This document shows positions 56,969 through 64,000 of a stretch of DNA of 64,000 nucleotides, one piece after another. Every line of letters begins with the position of its first letter. Within the stretch, counting starts at the first letter, position 1. The stretch comes from a virus. A model generated the notes under the pieces. The model saw nothing but the letters and a program-made list of their open reading frames with translations. It did no database searches and was not told where the DNA came from. Position numbers and translations under genes: made by a program. The stretch lies in the IMG/VR virus record IMGVR_UViG_3300030107_002502, positions 2,817 to 66,816 of that record. One strand, 5' to 3'.

Positions 56969-57630
56969 GTATTACTCCTTGGTCATTCAGTAGGATAAAA
57001 GCATTTGAGCAATGCCCGAAACAATTTTACCATATTAAGATAGCTAAAGATTATGTGGAAGAAGAAACTCATGCCATGCGTTATGGTACTGAGGCTCATC
57101 TAGTAGCTGAAGAATATATTGGTAGCAATAAGCCCGTGCCTAACAAATTTAAATTCATGAAACCAGTGCTTGACTCACTTAAAGCTAAAAAAGGAGAAAA
57201 GCATTGTGAAATGAAGTTAGGACTCGACAGGGGACTGAAGCCGTGTAGCTTTACATCAGAACATGTTTGGTGGCGTGGTATTGTTGACCTCGTAATCATC
57301 AAAGATAAGAAGGCGTGGATTGTAGATTATAAGACAAGTAAATCTGCATTATATGCTGATAAAGGGCAATTAGAACTTATGGCACTTGCAACATTCAGAT
57401 ATTTTCCGAAGGTGGAAAAGATAAACGCAGGGTTATTATTTGTTGTATCTAATAATTTTATTGCAGAAACTTATACTAGTGATATGATTGTTCCATTATG
57501 GAAAAAATGGATAGGTAATTTTAAACGCATGAAAACAGCTTATGACAAAGACATATGGAACGCCCGTCCCAGTGGTTTATGTAAACGTCATTGTGTTGTT
57601 ATAGAGTGCATACATAATGGGAGTAATTAA
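56965..57630 (+). CDS. PD-(D/E)XK exonuclease (RecB/Cas4-like)
   Basis: WSFS...CP, GIVDL...VDYKT...QL and C-terminal LCKRHC...C cysteines. Confidence 0.85.
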   Translation: MSITPWSFSRIKAFEQCPKQFYHIKIAKDYVEEETHAMRYGTEAHLVAEEYIGSNKPVPNKFKFMKPVLDSLKAKKGEKHCEMKLGLDRGLKPCSFTSEHVWWRGIVDLVIIKDKKAWIVDYKTSKSALYADKGQLELMALATFRYFPKVEKINAGLLFVVSNNFIAETYTSDMIVPLWKKWIGNFKRMKTAYDKDIWNARPSGLCKRHCVVIECIHNGSN

Positions 57631-57887
57631 TGGCGTACACTAAATCCCCAAGACCTTATAAAAAAGAATACAAGAAGCAAAAAGCCCGAGGTGAGCATCC
57701 TGCTAGAATGGAACGTCAACGTGCAAGAAGAGCCTTAGATAAAAAAGGTGTTAACAGAAAAGGTAAAGATGTTAGCCACAAGAAGATGTTGAGTAAAGGT
57801 GGCAGTAATAAAGACGGATACAAATTAGAAAGCCCATCTAAAAATAGAAGTAGAAACGGGCAAAAGAAGAAAAAGACAAAAAAATAA
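57630..57887 (+). CDS. Small basic HNH-like protein
   Basis: KDVSHKKMLSKGGSN...SKNRSRN, a degenerate HNH pattern. Confidence 0.55.
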   Translation: MAYTKSPRPYKKEYKKQKARGEHPARMERQRARRALDKKGVNRKGKDVSHKKMLSKGGSNKDGYKLESPSKNRSRNGQKKKKTKK

Positions 57888-57993
57888 GGCTCTAGGAAGC
57901 GTCAGGAGTGCCTTGTTTTAACCCTCCGTGTATGATTGCACCCTAGAAAAAGACTAAAATCACAGATTTTTATCTGTTGCGAAGGAGAAAATT

Positions 57994-59529
57994 TTGAAGA
58001 TATTTGATGGTAGAGCACTACTGCTCAAGTTACGTAACCCATTTAAAGTCATAGAAGCAATACCAAAAAGTAAGAAGCTATCAGCCCATGAGATTGTTGT
58101 GAACTGGGGGTTAGAAGAAGCACAAACTTTAAACAATTTAAATATTAACGTATTATCACCTATACATAAACGCTATGGCTGGCCAGGGAACCATAAACCT
58201 TTCGCTCATCAGAAAGCTACAGCCTCATTTTTTACACTTAACAAGAAATCTTTTTGTTTTAACGAGCAAGGTACGGGTAAAACTGCTAGTGCTATATGGG
58301 CATCAGACTATTTAATTAAGGAAGGGGCGATAAAAAGAGTATTAGTTATATGTCCTTTATCTATAATGGATTCAGCATGGGGGGCTGATTTAGCTAGTTT
58401 TGCTCCCCATCGTACAGTTGATATTGCATATGGAAAAGCATCCCAACGCAAGAAGATAATAGAAAACAACGCAGAGTTTGTTATTATTAACTATGATGGT
58501 GTGGAGATTGTATCTGAAGAAATACTTAAAGGGGGATTTGACCTTGTAATAGTAGATGAAGCAACACATTATAAAAATGCCCGTACAAAAAGATGGAAAA
58601 TATTAAATAAAATATTACAAGTTAACACGTGGTTGTGGATGATGACAGGAACTCCCGCTGCTCAAAGCCCTTTAGATGCTTACGGGTTAGCAAAACTTGT
58701 GAACCCAAAAAGCGTACCTAGGTTTTTTGGTTCGTTTCGTGACATGGTGATGAATAAAATTACACAGTTTAAGTGGGTACCAAAAGCTAATGCAAAAGAA
58801 ATAGTATTCAACGCCTTACAGCCTGCTATACGATTTACTAAAGATGAGTGCCTAGACTTACCACCAATGATTTATGTAAAGCGTGAAGTAGAACTTACTC
58901 GTCAACAGATGAAATATTATAAGCTATTAAAAACAAAGTTAATTATGAACATCACGGGCGAACAGGTAACAGCTATGAATAGTGCTGTAGGTATGAACAA
59001 GTTACTGCAAATATCAGCAGGGGCAGTATACACTGATGATGGAGAGACTTTAGAGTTTGATATACAGCATAGGTATAGAGTACTCAAAGAAGTTATTGAT
59101 GAGTCAAGCAAAAAGGTCTTGGTATTTGTACCTTTTAAACATGTAATAGATATACTAACAGATAAACTTCGGGCAGATGGGATACCCACTAATATTATAC
59201 GAGGTGATGTATCCGCACCTCAAAGGACAGCTATATTTAAACAGTTTCAAGAAACATCAAATCCACGTGTTCTGGTTATACAACCTCAGTCAGCGGCACA
59301 TGGTGTTACGTTAACAGCCGCAAATACTGTTGTATGGTGGTCGCCTACTAGTTCGTTGGAAACATACTCTCAAGCTAACGCACGTGTTCACAGGTCAGGA
59401 CAAACACATAAATGTACTGTTGTTCAATTACAAGGTTCCACCGCAGAAAAACACGTTTACAGGCTTTTAGATAATAAAATAGACGTACACACAAAAATAA
59501 TAGAACTTTACAAAGAAATACTTGACTAA
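57994..59529 (+). CDS. SNF2-like superfamily 2 helicase
   Basis: EQGTGKT, DEAT, MTGTP, HGVTLT and QANARVHRSGQ; TTG start behind AAGGAG. Confidence 0.9.
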   Translation: MKIFDGRALLLKLRNPFKVIEAIPKSKKLSAHEIVVNWGLEEAQTLNNLNINVLSPIHKRYGWPGNHKPFAHQKATASFFTLNKKSFCFNEQGTGKTASAIWASDYLIKEGAIKRVLVICPLSIMDSAWGADLASFAPHRTVDIAYGKASQRKKIIENNAEFVIINYDGVEIVSEEILKGGFDLVIVDEATHYKNARTKRWKILNKILQVNTWLWMMTGTPAAQSPLDAYGLAKLVNPKSVPRFFGSFRDMVMNKITQFKWVPKANAKEIVFNALQPAIRFTKDECLDLPPMIYVKREVELTRQQMKYYKLLKTKLIMNITGEQVTAMNSAVGMNKLLQISAGAVYTDDGETLEFDIQHRYRVLKEVIDESSKKVLVFVPFKHVIDILTDKLRADGIPTNIIRGDVSAPQRTAIFKQFQETSNPRVLVIQPQSAAHGVTLTAANTVVWWSPTSSLETYSQANARVHRSGQTHKCTVVQLQGSTAEKHVYRLLDNKIDVHTKIIELYKEILD

Positions 59530-59556
59530 CACATTGTTAGTAATTATATATAATTA
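59522..59556 (+). promoter_or_regulatory. Putative promoter overlapped by two palindromes
   Basis: TTGACT-17-TATATA; ACTAACA-CAT-TGTTAGT at 59525-59541; TAATTATATATAATTA at 59541-59556. Confidence 0.5.
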
Positions 59557-59579
59557 TATGATAATAACAGGAGATATTA

Positions 59580-59972
59580 ATGAGTGAAGTCTCTGCCGAT
59601 AAACTAACAAAGGCATATATAAAGATAAGAGCAAAGCGAGCAGAATTATCTAGGAATTTTAAATCTGAAGATGATTTGCTTTTAGAGCAGTTAGAAAAAA
59701 TAAAAAGTGCACTCCTCGACTACTGTTCAGAACAGAATGTTGAGAGTGTCAGAACTTCTGAAGGTTTGTTTTATAGGTCTATTAAGACTAAGTATTGGAC
59801 AAGTGATTGGGAAGCCATGCACAAATTTATACTAGAGCATAACGTACCCGAACTTTTGGACAAACGGCTTAACCAAACTAATATGAAGCAATTCTTGGAA
59901 GAAAACCCCGATGTACTCCCTCAAGGATTAAATAAAGACACGGAGTACGCAATAGCAGTGAGGAAAGCATAA
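59580..59972 (+). CDS. Conserved hypothetical replication-module protein
   Basis: 130 aa; YIKIR...SVRT...DWEAM...LLDKRL pattern. Confidence 0.7.
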   Translation: MSEVSADKLTKAYIKIRAKRAELSRNFKSEDDLLLEQLEKIKSALLDYCSEQNVESVRTSEGLFYRSIKTKYWTSDWEAMHKFILEHNVPELLDKRLNQTNMKQFLEENPDVLPQGLNKDTEYAIAVRKA

Positions 59973-60226
59973 TGGATAATCCAAAATATGTACCAATCGA
60001 AGATGTGGCAAAATACTTCTCAGTATCCATATCTACAATCCGTGCGTGGGTTCGTCAGAATCAGATACCTAAAGATACTTATATAAAAGTAGGTAATACT
60101 TATAGGTTTTGTGTTGATGATATGGCTAACGCACTTACTAAAGCAAAAGACCCCGAGAAAGAGACACAAGAAGAATTTCAGACTCAAGCAAGGGAAGCTT
60201 TTGATAACATAGACGATGATGTTTAA
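59972..60226 (+). CDS. Excisionase/MerR-like helix-turn-helix protein
   Basis: IEDVAKYFSVSISTIRAWVRQNQIP...KVGNTYRF. Confidence 0.8.
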   Translation: MDNPKYVPIEDVAKYFSVSISTIRAWVRQNQIPKDTYIKVGNTYRFCVDDMANALTKAKDPEKETQEEFQTQAREAFDNIDDDV

Positions 60227-60246
60227 CAAACTAATGGGAGAATGAA

Positions 60247-60933
60247 ATGGCATCAGAAATAAAATTAAATCATAATATAAATAATGTTGAGGCTTTGTGG
60301 CCTCGTATAGATAAGCCATATAGGTATGACACTATGGAACAAAGAACTATTCCTTGTAATCCTACTGATGATGGTGCAAGTTATACTCTTCAGTTTCGTA
60401 TGACTACTGAGCAAGCCAAGGATTTGTGGAGTAAGATGGCTCACGCATACTTGAATAAAAAAGAAGAGAGTTGGCCTGCAGAGTTTGACAGACCTTTTAA
60501 GAAAGAAGAAGATGGAACTTGGACTTTTAAGGCGAAGTTAAAAGGTGCTTATGGCACTGATGCAACTAGAAAACCTACACAATATGACGCAAAGGGTGTT
60601 AAGTTACCCGATGATTTCCAGTTAACTACTGGTAGTAAAGTTAATATTGCCGTAGTGTTTGTTCCTTACTACATGCGTGAGGCAGGAGTATCATTAAGAT
60701 TACGTGCCGTGCAAGTTCTTGAATTAAAGGAAATGAAAGAAGAATCTCCTTTTGCTTCTGTAGATGGATTTCAATTTAGCAAAGAAGATAATCCTTTTGA
60801 TGCAAAAGCTAAAGTTGAAAAACCAACTGAAGAACCAGTAACAGAACCAAAAAAAGTTACTAAAAAATCCACACCTACTCCAAAAGATGTTGACGAAGAT
60901 TTAAGTGCAATCGTTGCTGATTGGGACGATTAA
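60247..60933 (+). CDS. Single-stranded DNA-binding protein (T7 gp2.5-like)
   Basis: TGSKVN...GVSLRLRAVQV core and acidic-aromatic C-terminus ADWDD. Confidence 0.75.
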   Translation: MASEIKLNHNINNVEALWPRIDKPYRYDTMEQRTIPCNPTDDGASYTLQFRMTTEQAKDLWSKMAHAYLNKKEESWPAEFDRPFKKEEDGTWTFKAKLKGAYGTDATRKPTQYDAKGVKLPDDFQLTTGSKVNIAVVFVPYYMREAGVSLRLRAVQVLELKEMKEESPFASVDGFQFSKEDNPFDAKAKVEKPTEEPVTEPKKVTKKSTPTPKDVDEDLSAIVADWDD

Positions 60934-61016
60934 ATACTATACTGCGACTAGGCTTATGCTGAAAAGGGTATGCACCTATACCTCTGTCGCAGTAACTTTT
61001 GGTGTAGGGGGAAGTT

Positions 61017-63824
61017 GTGGAAACAAAAACATTTTTAGAAAGAGCATTAGGGAATGAAGGTAGTTATTGTGTATTTGCTTTCAGAACCCGTGATGACAAG
61101 AGATTACAGAAATTTTATACATCTATAGACCATGTTATAGATGTAGCTACGAATTTAGATAAAGAAGGTTATGATGTATATTTTGCGTTAGCAACGTTCA
61201 AAGAAGCGGGATCACGTAAGGTAGACAACGTGAAACAGCTTAACAGTTTCTTTTTAGATTTAGATTGTGGGTTAAGCAAAGATTACAAAAGCCAAGAAGA
61301 TGCTATCAAAGCATTAAAATTATTTTGTAACAAATTTAGATTACCTAGACCTACCATGATTAATTCGGGTAGGGGCGTACATGTGTATTGGTTCTTAACA
61401 GAGCCAATAGGTTTAGATAATTGGTTACCCGTTGCCAGCCGACTAAAGACATTATGTGCACAGAATAACTTGTTAGCAGACCCTGCTGTAACGGCAGATG
61501 GGGCCCGTGTGCTTAGGATACCGAACACGCATAACTATAAAACTGATCCACCAAGTGAGGTAGGTTTATTCGGTAATGAAATGGCAGAAGCTATACATAT
61601 AGATTATTTTGCGGAGTTACTAGGGGAAGATGTAATTCAAGTACCCCAAAAACGAGAGCAGGAAAACAATCCTACTTTAGATGCTTTAAGAGGTAATATT
61701 GAAAGTGTATTTAAAGATATACTTACAAAAACCTTAAATGGTAAAGGTTGTGAACAATTAAAACATATTATTAAAAACCAAGAAGAAATAAGTGAACCCT
61801 TATGGAGAGCAGGGTTATCAATTACTAAACATTGTGTTGATGGTGATAAAGCTTCGCATATAATTTCTAAGAACCACCCTAATTATACACGAGAAGAAAC
61901 TATCAGGAAAATGGAAGCTATAAAAGGTCCATACTTGTGTGCTACGTTTGATGAATACAATCCTGATATATGTATAAACTGTCCTAATTGGGGTAAGATA
62001 AAATCTCCTATAACACTAGGACATAGAGTACGAGAAGCTACCGAAGAGGACAATGTTGTTGAAGCTCCTGCGTTTGACCTTCCCGATACTCCTCTTAACA
62101 AATATACAATTCCAATGTATCCTAAACCATACTTTAGAGGTGTAAATGGTGGTGTTTATATCCGTAGCACAAACGCTGATGGAGAAGCAGAAGATAAACT
62201 AATATACCATAACGACTTATACGTTGTTAGACGACTGAGAGATATAGAAATTGGGGAAGCCGTAGTGATGCGTTTACATTTACCTAGGGATGGGGTACGG
62301 GAATTTACATTACCCCTAACTGCGGTGACTTCTAGAGAGGAATTTAGAAAATACATGTCTATGCAGGGCGTGGCAGTAACAAGGATGGATGAACTAATGA
62401 CATATACAACAACATGGGTAAACGAGTTACAGGCAAACAGCGTAGCTGATGAAGCACATAAGCAATTTGGTTGGTCGAACGAGGAATGTAAATCCTTTAT
62501 ACTAGGTAATCAGGAAATACTTAAAGATAAAGTGGATTTTAACCCTCCTTCTACACAAACAGCAGGATTATTTCCTGCCTTTGAACCAAGAGGTACTATG
62601 GAAGGTTGGAAAGAGGCCATTAATTTTTACAATAGGGAAGGCTTTGAATTACATCAATTTGTAGTTGGTACTTCTTTTGGCTCCCCGTTGATGCAGTTTT
62701 CACCTATAAACTGTGCAGGGCTCCATATATACAGTAAGGAGTCAGGAGTAGGTAAGACAACAGCTATGGCAGCTGCAGCTTCTGTGTGGGGTAGACCTGA
62801 AGACCTTATTATTCATGAACGGGACACATTTAACACCAAGATGAATAGGGGGGAAGTGTATCATAACTTACCTTTATATATGGATGAATTGACCAATACG
62901 CATGGTAGAGAATTGAGTAACATAGCCTATCAACTTACGGGTGGTAGACAAAGAGGGCGTATGTCCAGTGGTAGTAATACTGAACGGATTAGAGGTGAAT
63001 CTTGGAGATTGCTTGCTGTAACTACTGGTAATACAAGCATGATAGAACGAATAAGCATAATAAAGGCAATGCCTAAAGCGGAAGCACAGAGAATAATGGA
63101 GTGCAGGGTTAAACGCATACAGTTTGAAACTAAGGAAGAAACAGACGTGTTTAGCAGTGCCATACAAGATAATTGTGGTCATGCAGGCAAAGAATATATT
63201 CAATTTGTAATGCGAAACCTTGACGGAGTTAAAAAATTATTGGCTGATATACAGTTAAAAGTAGATACAAAAGCAGGGCTTACAGCTGAAAACAGGTTTT
63301 GGTCTGTATTAATTACCTATACTATTACAGGATTGATATTAGCCAAGAAGGCAGGGTTAGTAAATTATGATTCTCATGCTATATTTAAATGGAGTGTAGA
63401 TCAACTTAAAGAAAATAAACGTCAGGTAGACGATATGAGTATTTCTGTTGAGGAAGTGTTAAATGACTATATACATGAGCATTGGAGTAATGTGCTATGG
63501 ATAAAAAGCACAGATGATTTACGTAAACAGACAGATAAAGAGCAAGTCATAATACCCGAAGCGTTACCAAGAGGTAAGTTAGTTGCACGATATGAAACAG
63601 ATTTGAAGAGAGCTTATCTTGTTCCTAAACCTTTAAAGGTTTGGTGTGGCGATCAACAGATAAATTATAACTCGTTTGTACATGATTTACAGCACAAGCT
63701 TGGGGCCCGTAGGAGTAAGATGAGGCTGAGTAAGGGCACCCATATGAATTTACCTCCCACAGATGTAATCGTAGTAGATTGCTCAATAGACAAAGAGGAA
63801 GGTCTTGGTACTCAGGCAGAATGA
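61017..63824 (+). CDS. Primase-helicase fusion (AEP/RepB-like primase plus DUF927-type NTPase)
   Basis: FLDLDCG, SGRGVHVYW, RVLRIP; Cys cluster GPYLC...CINC; Walker A ESGVGKTT, MDE, TGN. Confidence 0.8.
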   Translation: METKTFLERALGNEGSYCVFAFRTRDDKRLQKFYTSIDHVIDVATNLDKEGYDVYFALATFKEAGSRKVDNVKQLNSFFLDLDCGLSKDYKSQEDAIKALKLFCNKFRLPRPTMINSGRGVHVYWFLTEPIGLDNWLPVASRLKTLCAQNNLLADPAVTADGARVLRIPNTHNYKTDPPSEVGLFGNEMAEAIHIDYFAELLGEDVIQVPQKREQENNPTLDALRGNIESVFKDILTKTLNGKGCEQLKHIIKNQEEISEPLWRAGLSITKHCVDGDKASHIISKNHPNYTREETIRKMEAIKGPYLCATFDEYNPDICINCPNWGKIKSPITLGHRVREATEEDNVVEAPAFDLPDTPLNKYTIPMYPKPYFRGVNGGVYIRSTNADGEAEDKLIYHNDLYVVRRLRDIEIGEAVVMRLHLPRDGVREFTLPLTAVTSREEFRKYMSMQGVAVTRMDELMTYTTTWVNELQANSVADEAHKQFGWSNEECKSFILGNQEILKDKVDFNPPSTQTAGLFPAFEPRGTMEGWKEAINFYNREGFELHQFVVGTSFGSPLMQFSPINCAGLHIYSKESGVGKTTAMAAAASVWGRPEDLIIHERDTFNTKMNRGEVYHNLPLYMDELTNTHGRELSNIAYQLTGGRQRGRMSSGSNTERIRGESWRLLAVTTGNTSMIERISIIKAMPKAEAQRIMECRVKRIQFETKEETDVFSSAIQDNCGHAGKEYIQFVMRNLDGVKKLLADIQLKVDTKAGLTAENRFWSVLITYTITGLILAKKAGLVNYDSHAIFKWSVDQLKENKRQVDDMSISVEEVLNDYIHEHWSNVLWIKSTDDLRKQTDKEQVIIPEALPRGKLVARYETDLKRAYLVPKPLKVWCGDQQINYNSFVHDLQHKLGARRSKMRLSKGTHMNLPPTDVIVVDCSIDKEEGLGTQAE

Positions 63825-64000
63825 TCTAAACCCTGATGGCATAAGGATTAGAGTCAACTGGGAACACATGTTAATAAGTTACTCTGTATTTATCTTGTGT
63901 ATTAACACCCGGGCAGCTGTTAAGCAAATAAAAGACATTGCAAAACGAATGAATTGGAGTGTAGAAACTCGAGTTGTTATAGAGGAGGGTAGACTGGGCG
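63805..64000 (+). CDS. Hypothetical protein (partial, runs off the window)
   Basis: TTG behind GAGGAAGG; open frame MVLRQNDLNPDGIRIRVNW...IEEGRLG. Confidence 0.55.
   Translation, partial: MVLRQNDLNPDGIRIRVNWEHMLISYSVFILCINTRAAVKQIKDIAKRMNWSVETRVVIEEGRLG

Noticed and set aside
56965-57630. Cas4-like gene as evidence of CRISPR-Cas
   Set aside because: It is a stand-alone exonuclease in a replication module, which is common in phages
1-64000. tRNA, rRNA, integrase or phage RNA polymerase genes
   Set aside because: No cloverleaf or diagnostic motifs were recognised by eye; tRNAscan and HMM searches would be needed to exclude them formally

Overview
Most of the genome of a low-GC tailed dsDNA phage, probably a podovirus. 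The gene order resembles, from memory and unverified, marine alphaproteobacterial phages of the HTVC023P/CRP-901 type. There are two divergent arms. The minus-strand arm (1-41492) holds terminase small and large subunits, portal, a GroES-like co-chaperonin, scaffold, major capsid protein, head-tail connectors, five fibre/receptor-binding genes, a 2OG-Fe(II) oxygenase, an SNase-like nuclease, holin, lysozyme, a tail hub protein and internal/ejection proteins, ending in a >1670-codon gene (absent from the ORF track) with an HExxH metallopeptidase motif. The plus-strand arm (41916-64000) holds early genes including a DUF3150-like / MoxR AAA+ / metallopeptidase-VWA triad, a SleB-like hydrolase, VRR-NUC, family A DNA polymerase, PD-(D/E)XK nuclease, SNF2-like helicase, an HTH protein, SSB and a primase-helicase. 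The most unusual signal is a 17-bp palindrome, GTTAGTGA(A/T)TCACTAAC, found 10 times only between 43.5 and 52.0 kb, mostly at gene junctions; its centre is GANTC and its geometry resembles a CtrA box. It starts in a 700-bp non-coding region that also has opposed 10-bp iteron-like arrays, an IHF-consensus site and a perfect sigma70 promoter. The same arm appears to avoid CCAGA/CCGGA. No tRNA, CRISPR array, integrase or RNA polymerase was seen. Product calls come from motif recognition and synteny, not database searches.
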